DNA from: Octopus sinensis
Taxonomy: Eukaryota
NCBI RefSeq assembly: GCF_006345805.1
Contig: NW_021834631.1
Coordinates: 1 to 46,550, forward strand
Length of the DNA: 46,550 nucleotides
Direction of reading: 5' to 3'
How positions within the stretch are numbered: the stretch's first letter is position 1; each line of letters starts with the position of its first letter. The translations under genes were made by a program, and so were the position numbers. Shown here in pieces: positions 33,839 through 45,572 of the stretch. The notes beneath the pieces are model-generated. The model saw nothing but the letters and a program-made list of their open reading frames with translations, was not told the origin of the DNA and searched no databases.

Positions 33839-34644
33839 GCATTGAAAATTCTGAACAGCCGACATAATGTATTACAAACCCACAGTACAATTTATTATCA
33901 CCACTTACGGAAACAATAACTTTAATACTCGAAAAGTATTTCGTAAGGAATTAAATAAAATGCCCGATAAGCCCAAGAGATGAATATTTAATTCTTTAGT
34001 TTTATTGTTTTGTTGAAGAGGGAAAGCCGTTTTGTTTTTGTTTTTTCTTTTAAGTGATAAGAGTTATAAATATTTGACAACATCCTCAGCGTTTCCAATA
34101 AACGCGCAAATTCAATATAAAGTTGATAATCTTTATAAAATGACTTTAATAATAAATGTAACTCAATCATAAATGATTACTCGTCATAAGCGACTCTCTT
34201 TTTCTTTTATTATTTCTATATTTTTATTGTTGATATTGTTTATTATCTGGGGAATTTTTTTCTAACGCTTTACTTTTTCCCTGTAAATAACTGGCAACCA
34301 GAATTCTGTAAAAATGACCAAAATCCAAAGAAGAATTAATTTAATATCTGCCAAAGTTTAACAATTACGAGAATTGATATAAAGTTAAAACCAGAGTATG
34401 TTTTTGTTGGTATCATTGTTATTGTTTTGTTATATAAAATACTATAAAATTTTTTTCTATATTTTGTAATACTGAAATATTCGTTCTTGGGTATATTCTT
34501 GAGTTATTTTTTGTTCTATTTGTCTTAAATAGCAACAACAACGGAGAGGAAAAGAAAATATGTAAATTGAAATTTCAATTTTTTATCTATGCAGAAAATG
34601 CATAAATGACGGGTGAAATACCTTTTGGTATTAATAATGTCCCG

Positions 34645-34775
34645 TTGAGTTTTGAGTTTCGTGCCTAAGTTAAATTTAAACCTTTGGTCCTTCCGAGATA
34701 GATGGTTAATCAGGTACTGGGATCTATACAATCGACACCGATCCCCACCAAAAATTTGTGACCTTATAGCCTATG
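34645..34775 (+). mobile_element. Degenerate SINE-A 3' fragment
   Basis: gtactgggatctatacaatcgac...ccccaccaaaaatttgtgacctt resembles the A2/A3 tail. Confidence 0.5.
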
Positions 34776-34827
34776 ATAAATCTCAATGCATTCCTCAACA
34801 GAAAACTATGGTTGAACGAACGTTCTG

Positions 34828-35087
34828 ACACAACGTCCCTGTCAGTGACATCGAAATCGAAACCTCACGTTTACAACCCTCGACATCTTAGCCACTTCTT
34901 ATTGCAGCACATTCTGCCGAGCTTCCATACACATTTTTCCATTTGCCCAAAGCTATACACAAGGTTTAAAAATCAATAAGAAACTACTGTAGAAGGAGCA
35001 TACTTACACAAGGTTCCTCTCAGTGGGATCGAAATCGAAGCCCCATACATGCAACCCTCGACTTCTTAGCCACTCGACCATGTCCGT
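34828..35087 (-). mobile_element. Two tandem tRNA-head SINE remnants (B-like)
   Basis: cagtg..atcgaaatcgaa.cc...caaccctcgac.tcttagccact at ~34840-34897 and ~35020-35075. Confidence 0.5.
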
Positions 35088-35384
35088 GTTCATACATACA
35101 TACATCGAGGTCTGTAGATAAACACATACGGAGGTTTGATGAATGAGAATAGTTTATAATTTAAGAGAGGATGAAAAGGCTACATCGTTATTTATGTTCG
35201 TATGTCTTTTCAAAATTAATCCCGTCTAATCTAAGTTAAGACTCCATTGTTGAAATACGAACGCCATAAATAACGATCTGGAACCATCATTTTGTCATAA
35301 TTCCACATCTAAGCAAACGTTTTCTCAAAGATACACTTACTTAAGTATGTGTATGTGCATATGTTTGCGTATACATACATACAT

Positions 35385-35545
<161 letters not shown>

Positions 35546-35662
35546 TACATACAAACCACACAACAGAAGAAATCATTTTACGAAATTTCGTAGAAATGAG
35601 ATATGTATGTTTGTGTTTGGAATGAGTGCGTGTGTGTGAGTGTATGTGTGTGTGTATGTGTG

Positions 35663-35693
<31 letters not shown>

Positions 35694-36044
35694 CATTAAA
35701 ATTACAGATGCATACGTACAGATGTACATACATAAAGACATCTGCATACACAGTAGCTCGAGAACAAGTACGTGTGTGTATGTGTACATATTCAGAGCTA
35801 CGTATATGCATACGTATATATATATATATATGTGTGTGTATACATAAGCATACATGCATATATGTACATATACATATATGTGTGTGTCTGTGTCTGTGTC
35901 TGTGTACGTATATATATATATACATATATATATATGCATTTGTACACTTATATATATATGCATGTTTGTATATGTATATATATATATATATATGCACACA
36001 CAAACATACATACATGCATACATAAATACAAGCGTGCTGTGTGC

Positions 36045-36112
<68 letters not shown>

Positions 36113-36470
36113 ATATACATATATAATGATCGGGGCCGGAAACTAGAGAGGATGTGTGAGATGTGACCTCTTCTTCTTATATGTCTTTTATTAATAACGC
36201 TGACAGAGAGAGAGTTCGTAGCCTGTCCTCACAATCTCAGATAAATGATAGATCAACAACTGTATATGATGGATGAGGCTGCTACACTACGAATTGTCTG
36301 TTATTTATCGTTCACACTTCAATATTTGTTTCTGGTAGTTACCAGAATGCTTACATACATACATACATACATACATGGTTGCGCAGACACACATACACAC
36401 ATAAACATACACACACCTATGTATGGGCTTGTGTGGCGTGTCCGTAAGTATGTGTGTGTGCGTGTGTATG

Positions 36471-36514
<44 letters not shown>

Positions 36515-36601
36515 GATATACACACACACATACATACACACACGCACACACACACATATATATATATATAAGTGTATGTGTGTATATATATTATGAATAT
36601 A

Positions 36602-36695
<94 letters not shown>

Positions 36696-37050
36696 TATGT
36701 GTGTTTGTATAAATACATACAGATAGACAGCCAGGCAGTCAGACAGACAGACGTGCAGACGTACAGACATATGTTTTCGTTCCATTTACTCACTTTTGAA
36801 GAATGTGAAACCATTAACCTTAGCTCAGTCTTACAGAACATGACAAGTGTGATTATAAATATATTTATGTTTTAAAAGTTTAAAAACATTATTATGTAAA
36901 AAATAAAAAAAAACACTCATCATAACCATCATCATCGTCGTCGTCTTCATCGTCGTCATCATCATCATCATTCTCGTCACTCCCATCATCAGCGTTGTCG
37001 CCGTCATCGTCATCATCATCATCGTTGTCGTTAATACATTTTATACCAAG

Positions 37051-37262
37051 TAGGTTGACGAGATTGCAGAATCTTTAGCGCAGCGGACAAATTTCTTATG
37101 GGTTTTTTTTCCAACTCTTAAGCAGCTCTGAGCTCAAACTCTGCTGAGCCCAACTTTGCCATTCAACCTTTCGAGGTTGGTAAAATAAATACCATTTGAT
37201 CGCTGATGTCCATGTCATCGACTTAACACCCTTCCGTCGAAGTTTCAGGCCGTGTGCCTATA
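37051..37262 (+). mobile_element. SINE-A, old, tail A2
   Basis: gcagaatctttagcg...gctctgagctcaaactc...aactttgccattcaacctttcgagg...gtttcaggccgtgtgcctatag. Confidence 0.75.
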
Positions 37263-37330
37263 GGCTTAACTCCAGATATTAATTTCGGGAGAAGAAATAT
37301 AATATTACGTATAATTTTTTAAAACAGCTA

Positions 37331-37768
37331 TGTGCTGGGCAGAATCGTTAGCTCTACAAAATGCTTAGTGGTATTTTGTCCGTGAGGTGGTAGAATCGTT
37401 AGCACGCCGGGCGAAATGCGTAGCCGTATTTCGTTTGCCGTTACGTTCTGAGTTCAAATTCCGCCGAGGTCGACTTTGCCTTTCATCCTTTCGGGGTCGA
37501 TAAATTAAGCACAAGTTACGCACTGGGGTCGATGTAATCGACTTAATCCGTTTGTCCCTCCTTGTTTGTCCTCTCTGTGTTTAGCCCCTTGTGAGTAGTA
37601 AAGAGATAGGTCCGTCATTACGTTCTGAGTTCAAATTTCACCCGCTGTCGACTTTGCCCTTTATCCTTTCAGAGTCGATTATATATTTACTTGTTGAGAA
37701 CTGCAATCGATGTACTCGACCGCTCCCGGCCACAAAATTTCAGGCCTTGTGCCCATAGTAGAAAGGAT
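37331..37768 (+). mobile_element. Old SINE-A2 host split by a younger SINE-A1 insertion
   Basis: Host head 37331-37383 ends gtccgt; the host resumes after a second gtccgt (37610-37615) with cattacgttctgag and ends ggccttgtgcccatagtagaaagg. Confidence 0.8.
37384..37609 (+). mobile_element. Young SINE-A1, nested
   Basis: Roughly 90-93% identical by eye to 958-1190 and to the reverse complement of 41088-41321; a few nt shorter at the 5' end. Confidence 0.92.
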
Positions 37769-37884
37769 TGTTAAATCAGTCCCACATTTAAATGGACCGA
37801 TCAGCATCTAACAAACCCTTCGCTTTTTCGATAACGTTTTTTAGACAGCGTACACTTATTTATTTATTCATTTATTTAGTTAGT

Positions 37885-38150
37885 TATTTCTTTATTTCGT
37901 ATCCCTTAGCTTCAAGATTCGTTTTGCCATAAGCCATCCTAGATCTACTATACAAGGTGTTCCAGCTTTTATCTTTCTAATATTGTTTTCAGATGTAGTA
38001 TATCTAAATCTTCATTGTCCAATGTTTCCTTCGTTTTATTTTGTTATTGCTTTTTTTTTTACAAAAAGAAAAGAAAAATATATCATCGTGGGATTTAGAG
38101 AAGATTTGGATGACACTTCGAGCAAATCGAGAATTTAGATACGTAGGTAC
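37885..38150 (-). mobile_element. Family D repeat, old
   Basis: Reverse complement cctacgt...tcatccaaatcttctctaaatcccac...acattggacaatgaagatttagatatactac resembles the other D copies. Confidence 0.55.
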
Positions 38151-38233
38151 GCGCTCGAGAACCGATGTATTGTTTTATTATTTTTTTTAGTTATATTTTT
38201 TCTTCACTTGGCTCACTACCATACTGCGCTCAC

Positions 38234-38304
38234 CGACATGATGCGACGATGGACCATAAGGGGTATGAAGTAACAGACATGACACTGTTCTCATTGTTTA
38301 TTTG
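38234..38304 (-). other. Candidate 71-nt exon (unverified)
   Basis: Pyrimidine tract cttgtcttttttctgcttcc, AG at 38306-38305, donor TCG|GTGAGC at 38233; one open frame QINNENSVMSVTSYPLWSIVASC, not recognised. Confidence 0.2.
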
Positions 38305-38622
38305 CTTTTGCCAAGGAAGCAGAAAAAAGACAAGCCGGCAGGGGCCGATGAGAAATGAACTCACAGTATTTTGATTTCCTTCTAAGGCATTTCACCTGTT
38401 TCACAGAATCCGAAGCCATGTCTTTTCATTGCTTGCTGACCACACACACACACACAGATATACATATGTGTATGAGTCCGTGTAAAGACATATATATATA
38501 TATTATATATATATAATATATATATATATACACTCACGCACAATACACATGTGCATGGTGTGTATGTTGTATATATGTATATATATATATGGGGGTTGTA
38601 TATCTATATACGTGTATATACA

Positions 38623-38677
<55 letters not shown>

Positions 38678-38896
38678 TTATACATGCGCACGCATATTTA
38701 CACACAGACATACATACCGTACCTGAATATATATATATATATATATATACGCATATGAATGTGTGTGTGTGTGTGTTGTGTGTGTGGTGTGTGTGTGTGT
38801 GTATACACACGTATATACATACAGTTGAAGATGTTGATTAGGTGTCCAAGAGAAAATGAAAACGTCTATACAGTAACTGCAGCAACTAGTGTGCCA

Positions 38897-38948
<52 letters not shown>

Positions 38949-39326
38949 CTATATAGCAATATGGCTATATAGCAATGAAGCTGACTTGGTCTATATAATG
39001 AAGTCATTAGGAAGAAACATTAATACTAAATGTCAGTAATTATGGATAGTAATATATTACTATATATCGCTCTAAGATTTCTTTCTTTCATCCTTTTTCT
39101 GTTCTGATTAAGCACAGTTGACTCAACTTTCGCTTTCTGTCTCACAACCCTCTCCTTCTATCGCAGTCACCCTATCACTCTGTCCGTCTACTCAGTATCT
39201 ATCACTACTTTCACTTTCACTTTCAGTGGTGTGTGTGCGTGTGCCTATCCGTCGGTCTGACACTCTTTTCTTCCATTTGTCTCGTTGTTTTTGTCGTCTA
39301 CTCAGCTTTCAATCCTTCACATTCTC

Positions 39327-39447
39327 TGTAACATTCTGCCCTTCGGGGTCGATAAACCTGAGTTCAAATTCCGCCGAGGTCGACTTTGCCTTTTATCCTT
39401 TCGGGGTCGATAAATTAAGTACCAGTTATGCACTAGGGTCGATGTAT
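39327..39447 (+). mobile_element. Young SINE-A internal fragment with a short self-templated insert
   Basis: ctgagttcaaattccgccgaggtcgactttgcc...gataaattaagtaccagtt; ttcggggtcgataaa present twice. Confidence 0.85.
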
Positions 39448-40668
39448 TCACTGCTATTCCTGACTCACAGTACTACGTAAAGGCTTGTCTATGTTGAGGC
39501 TTTGTTAGTTTGATGTTTTAAACTTTGAATAAAAAGCATTATACATGTGACACAGAAAGTTTTTCAGAAAGGGGTCCATAAAGTTTATGAGGGGAATATC
39601 AAGGTTTACCAAATATAAAATAACTTTTAATTGTATTATGCAACAGCAGAGTGGGACATGAGAACTCACAGTGGAGCACAAAACCTTTTGTGTTGGCCGC
39701 ATGAGGCACGCCTGGAGCATGTTGTGCCTCACTGCTTTACACTACCCAATATAGCATTCCTTGAACCTGTCTTCTTTGTCTGTCTTTCGTTCACAATCTA
39801 TGTATGTTTGTCTCCCTATCGATCTCGCTCTCTCTCTCACGCGCGCTAATGAAAAAATAAGAGAGAGAGAGAGAGAGAGAGAGCGACTCAAAGGAGATCA
39901 TATTTAGTGCTATTGGAAGATTATATTTCCAACGACTCTAAGTATTTCTAGTATTACTAGCTTTTCCATATAAAGCAATTGCTCTTGTCTACGGAGAAAA
40001 TGCTATTACAAAGCAATACTCTGCATAGTAAACTAGTCACTGATACAAATATTGTTCGTACTAAACAGTACTTTATTAGATATAAATCACCACTAAAATA
40101 CACTCACGCACGCACTCACATATATGCATACGCACACGCTCATACAATCTCATACATATATATATATATATATATAACTACATACACACATACACACGCG
40201 TATAAATATTCATGTAGAATTGATAATAGGGATATAAAATGGAAATAATGATGTTAATAAAGAGAGAAAAGTCCATAAATTCATAAACGTTTGTTTAAAT
40301 ATTATAGAATATGGCAAGGTTTAAAACTATCACTTTCTTCTTAATTTCAAATGAATAGCAATTACATATATATATATACATAAACATACACAATCTCTCG
40401 CTTAACCAAACACGCACGCAGACTATTAATACAGATACGTAACAGATACATAAAACATAAACGTGAATACATACATACACATACATAAAAATAATCTCAT
40501 ACGTTCACACTTCTGAGCACATTTATTATACTTACGCATCTACTTCAATATAGTCACCGATTCACTGTTTTTGTACTTGATACATACGTATGAACATTCG
40601 CATAATAACATATTTAATCACTCATTCTCTATCTATCTCTGTCTATCTCTTTGACATATATGCATGCG

Positions 40669-40738
<70 letters not shown>

Positions 40739-41087
40739 TATATATATAATATATATATATATATAATATATATATATATGTGCGTATATGCATACGTACT
40801 TATCTGAATTAAATACATAGGTTACATGCATTCGTATGAATACGTTAGCATACGAACGTGGAAGAACAAAAAAAAAAAAAAAAAAAACAAGCTTTCACAA
40901 ATTTACATAGATGTTTACAAATATTTTGATGCAACTGTATAGGTGGAGATAGAAATTCGCTTTCGTACTAATAAGTATTTATACACACAGGTATACATAC
41001 ATACATATCTACATACACATATACACATATATGGATATACGTATACACATATATGTATGTATATGTGTGTATGTGTGTATATATATA

Positions 41088-41321
41088 TATTTCTTTACTA
41101 CCCACAAGGGGCTAAACACAGAGAGGACAAACAAGGACAGACAAAGGGATTAAGTCGATTACATCGACCCCAGTGCGTAACTGGTATTTAATTTATCGAC
41201 CCCGAAAGGATGAAAGGCAAAGTCGACCTCGGCGGAATTTGAACTCGGAACGTAACGACAGACGAAATACCGCTTAAGCATTTCGCCCGGCGTGCTAACA
41301 TTTCTGCCAGCTCGCCGCCTT
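41088..41321 (-). mobile_element. Young full-length monomeric SINE-A1
   Basis: Complete reverse complement from aaggcggcgagctggcagaa to gggtagtaaagaaata; 3' end runs into (TA)n. Confidence 0.95.
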
Positions 41322-41331
41322 CTTTACATAA

Positions 41332-41380
<49 letters not shown>

Positions 41381-41985
41381 TGTATGTATGTATATATGTG
41401 AGAATGTACATATAGATATGTGTGTGTGTGTATATATACGCATACAGAGAAAGAGTGGAAGATATATATATAGATAGATAGATAGATATATAGATAGATA
41501 GATAGATAGCGCGTGTGCCTGAGTGTATGTATGTGTGTTTATGTGTGTGTATGACTATGTATGTATGTGGCTGTCTTCTCATCCAAAATAGAATTAGTAA
41601 CCACAGAGATGATAATAACTTGCAAATTGAAGAACTGACTGCTGTGTTAACGAATAACAATCGTACAATCATACGACAGACCTTGACGGCTTATACGTCG
41701 GTCGGTGGAAAGCTTTCGTTTGAGCCCTCGACCACTTCGGCCTGGTCAATCGGTCATTGTGACTCTTCAAGCTATATTGCAGAGATTTATCTCTCACGAG
41801 CTTAAAAGTCCATGACAAACCTGATGTAATTACTGGACCCTAACTAGCATACAATCTTGTGTAAAGAAGGATTATTCCGCAGTCAACATTTGCTGCCCAA
41901 AACATTTAACAGACATTGAGTATGAAGTGATGCGCGTCCATTTTAAAGCAAGCAACTTTTCAACAACTCGCAATACGCAGTCGCT

Positions 41986-41999
41986 GTTTCCATGGTGAC
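41986..41999. promoter_or_regulatory. RFX X-box-like motif GTTTCCATGGTGAC
   Basis: Fits the relaxed X-box consensus RYHNYY-WW-RRNRAC; in a CpG-retaining unique segment. Confidence 0.33.
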
Positions 42000-42121
42000 G
42001 GATTCGACCCACCTATACAGAATTGTTTACGGACTTTGGCTGAATATTTTAAACTTATACAATCTGCGATAGAAGTGCTTTTAGTTTCTCTGTTTTGGTT
42101 ATTCTTCTTATTAGCACTTAC

Positions 42122-42194
42122 GCATCGCTGAAGACTGTCTCTCTGGATTCGAGCTTGTTTGTTTTGTATCGTTGGTAATTCTCAACACATTCTC
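42122..42194 (-). other. Candidate 73-nt exon (unverified)
   Basis: Strong donor GC|GTAAGT at 42121, weak acceptor; open frames ECVENYQRYKTNKLESRETVFSD or ENVLRITNDTKQTSSNPERQSSAM, not recognised. Confidence 0.18.
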
Positions 42195-42384
42195 CTTTTT
42201 AAGTTGAGTTAGGAGTCGCATGTATAAAATGTGATTTAAATGACAAAAAAGAAAGAGAAAATATTTAAAAAAGAAATGTTTCTTTTGCTGGAAATATGGA
42301 GGAAACATTGCAAGAGGTTTCAAACTAAAACACCTTTGATCTTTATGTTATCTTTTAGCAGACCGTAGATATACGTTCGTACAT

Positions 42385-42795
42385 GCATACTGGCGTGCAT
42401 ACATACGTACATACATACATACATACATACATACATACATACATACATACATACATACATCATACTACTCATCATACATACATACATACATACATCATAC
42501 ATACATACATACATACATCATCATACATACATACATACATACATACATACATACATACATACATAATAATACATACATACATTATACATACATACAACAT
42601 ACATACATAATACATACATATAATACATCACATACCTACATACATCATACATACGTACATACATAATAATACATACACATACATCATACATACTACATAC
42701 ATCATACATACAACATACATACATACATACATACATACATACATACATACATACATCATACATACATACATACATCATACATACATACATACATG
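42385..42795. repeat. (TACA)n array with recurrent TACATCA/TAATAA variant units
   Basis: Direct tandem array. Confidence 0.95.
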
Positions 42796-42839
42796 TGACC
42801 TCAGGAATAGATGTATTTCTGTAGTTATATGTGTGTATG

Positions 42840-43706
42840 AGAGATAGACGGGGTGGGAGTGAAAACAGGAAAAGATTAGATATACAATGAGACAGACAGA
42901 CAGACAGAACGTGAAAGAATAGTGTAAACAAAAAAATTAGATATGTAAGAGAGATGGAGAGAAGGAATGAAAGAGAAGGAAGGTGAGAAGAGAGTGAGAA
43001 GGAAAGAGGAAGTATGAAAGAAAAAATAAGACATACGAAGTGAGAGAGAGAGAGAGAGGGGGAGAGAGAGTGAGTGAGAATGTGAGGGAAGAATGAATCA
43101 AGAAAAACATGAAGTATGTTACAGAGTTGGGGTGGGAGAGGGAAAGAGTGAGAGTGAAAAAGAGAGGGGCATGGAGAGGAAAAGTGAAGGGGAAGACAGG
43201 AAAAGAGAGGGTGAGAGGAAAAAGAGGGAGAGAGAGAGGAAAAGAGAGGGGGACAGAGACAAAGGAAGAATGGACACAAAAAGTTAGAAAGAGAGAGAGA
43301 GAATGCAGGACGAGAGAGGAAAGGAGAGAGAGAGAGAGAGAGAGGGAGGAGAGGAGTGTGTGGTGTGTGTGGAGTGGAATGTGAATGAAAAATGTAGGAG
43401 AGGAAGTAACAGGAAAAGAATGAAAAAAAAAATAGATACAGATAGATAGAACAGCTAGATAGTTTAGATAGATATGATAGATATATAGATAGATAGATAT
43501 ATAGATAGAGAGCTAGATAGATAGATAGATATAGATAGATAGATATATAGATAGATAGATGATAGATAGATAGATAATAGATAGAAGATAGATAGATAGA
43601 TTGATAGATAGATAGATAGATTAGATAGATAGATAGATAGATAGATAGATGATAGATAGATAGATAGATATATAGATAGAGATTGATAGATGATAGATAG
43701 ATAGAT

Positions 43707-43743
<37 letters not shown>

Positions 43744-43803
43744 TGATAGATAGATAGATAGATAGATAGATAGTAGATAATAGATATAGATAGATAGATA
43801 GAT

Positions 43804-43845
<42 letters not shown>
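42840..43845. repeat. ~1 kb purine-rich tract: degenerate GA-rich sequence, (GATA)n, (GA)n
   Basis: Plus strand strongly A/G-biased; (GATA)n 43436-43805, (GA)n 43806-43845. Confidence 0.92.
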
Positions 43846-43848
<3 letters not shown>

Positions 43849-44078
43849 ACAGAGAATGAAAGAAAGAGACGCGGAAAGAATAAATGAAAACAAGCAAAAA
43901 AAAACATGAAAGCTAAAATAAAGAAGGGCAAAGAGTAAGAAAAAAATGGTGGTCAGAGATGAGATTGTGTGTGTACAAGGCATGCATAGACAAACACATG
44001 CATACAGATACAGACATAGTCAATATGCTTGTATCTGTATGCATGTGTGGTTATTTATGTATGTATTGTTTGTGAATG

Positions 44079-44123
<45 letters not shown>

Positions 44124-44216
44124 TTTCTCTCTTTCTACCTCTACCTCTGTATTTGTGTTTGTGTATATATGTGCATACATCTGTGATTTGTATATGTGTT
44201 TCTCTTTATATCTGTA

Positions 44217-44594
44217 CTAGCAGTATCGCCCGGCGTTGCTCAGGTTTGTAAGGGAAATAACTATAAAGCATTTTTAAAGAGTTATAGCCAAAAAATAGCA
44301 ATGGAAAAAAAATGATGGTAATTTTTTTTGAGAGTTAAAAAAGGTGGAGTTGCGCCCCCTAAACGGTCTGTGGTTTGGGTTTCTGATTCTCGATCCCCAT
44401 GTCGAATTTATCGATTTTTTTCAGAACTGGGGAACTTTTCAAAATTTTCGCTGCGTTAGTTTTGAATTATGACATTGGGCTATGTGTGTGTCAAGTTTCA
44501 TCAGAATCGGTTGAAAGCCGTGGTCAGGGTGAGGGTACGAGAAAACAGACACACAGAAAACGCACAGACAAACTGCCGTTTATATAGAGAGAGA
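44217..44594 (-). mobile_element. Non-autonomous Helitron (378 bp, intact termini)
   Basis: Minus strand starts A|TC (44594), ends CTAG|T (44217); GC-rich hairpin cctgagc-aac-gccggg 8 nt before CTAG; empty site reconstructs as tgtA|Tgcg with no TSD. Confidence 0.85.
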
Positions 44595-44939
44595 TGCGTT
44601 TTTCCTTGTATAAGTAAGTTTTCCCACACATAACAGAACATATAGATGTGTTGAGTTTACGAAAGTTTTCTGGTGGGGATCTTTTCTTTTTCATTTTTTC
44701 TTCTTTTTTGTCTTTTCTTCACATCGATCTCTTCAGATATGTATGACTACCAATACTTGATATTCTGATCCCTTCGATTAGCAACAGATGGAAAGAAATC
44801 CCTTGACATATATACACGATAAGATTCTAATGAACAGAGTTTGCAATATACGTTTGATTCCTCTTTCAATTATTCCCTTAATGCACTTGGTAATACCACG
44901 ACAACCACAGCATCCATTCCTCAGCCTTCACAAACAAAG

Positions 44940-45093
44940 AAGGCGAATTGGCAGTGTCCTTAGAGCGTTGGATAGTATACATTGTGGCGTTCATCCTGTG
45001 TTTCTGCGTACCGAGTTCAAACCCTGTCAGCTTTGCAATTCATCCCTTCGAGAATCGATAAAATATAGCGCCAATCAAGTACTGGGTTTGATT
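44940..45093 (+). mobile_element. SINE-A, old
   Basis: aaggcgaattggcag...ccgagttcaaaccc...ctttgcaattcatcccttcgagaatcgataaaat...aagtactggg. Confidence 0.72.
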
Positions 45094-45467
45094 TTCTTAT
45101 TTCTTCCCCTCTTTCTTTCTGTGTCTCTCTGTCTTTCTCTCTCTCTCTCTCCCCTCTCTCACAATATATAAATATATGTCTTTGCATCGTCTATGTGTAG
45201 GGGATGGAGAGGGGAAAGAAAAGTGCGTTTAGGTCACGGTCCCCGCCAACAATCATTTCGCCAACACGCCGTGGGCATTGCAAGAAAGAAAAAAGAAAGA
45301 AAGAAAGAAGTATGATAAACATATTGATGGACATGGATAGGTAACTGTGATCACTAAAGGTCAAACAATTGACCCTGAATTCACTAGTGTGTGACATAAA
45401 TAAAATATCCTTTATTCTTAACATTATCACATTGAGAGGGAAGGTGATCACGTTAATATCAAAGACA

Positions 45468-45482
45468 TTATCATTATTATTA

Positions 45483-45524
<42 letters not shown>

Positions 45525-45572
45525 CATCATCATCATTGTCATCATCATCATCATCATTCATTCATTCATTCA
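45468..45572. repeat. (TTA)n(TCA)n(TTCA)n microsatellite
   Basis: Direct tandem arrays. Confidence 0.95.

Noticed and set aside
33690-33890. 66-aa minus-strand ORF (MENNMEGNYNRITTRPGEG...)
   Set aside because: No recognisable homology or convincing splice sites; the region is better explained as possible promoter sequence.
39560-39760. tatgagggg start resembling a mariner TIR
   Set aside because: No matching second TIR and no transposase remnant.
41515-41805. 96-aa plus-strand ORF (NRISNHRDDNNLQIEEL...)
   Set aside because: Starts in a microsatellite, no acceptor or domain motif; unsupported as CDS.
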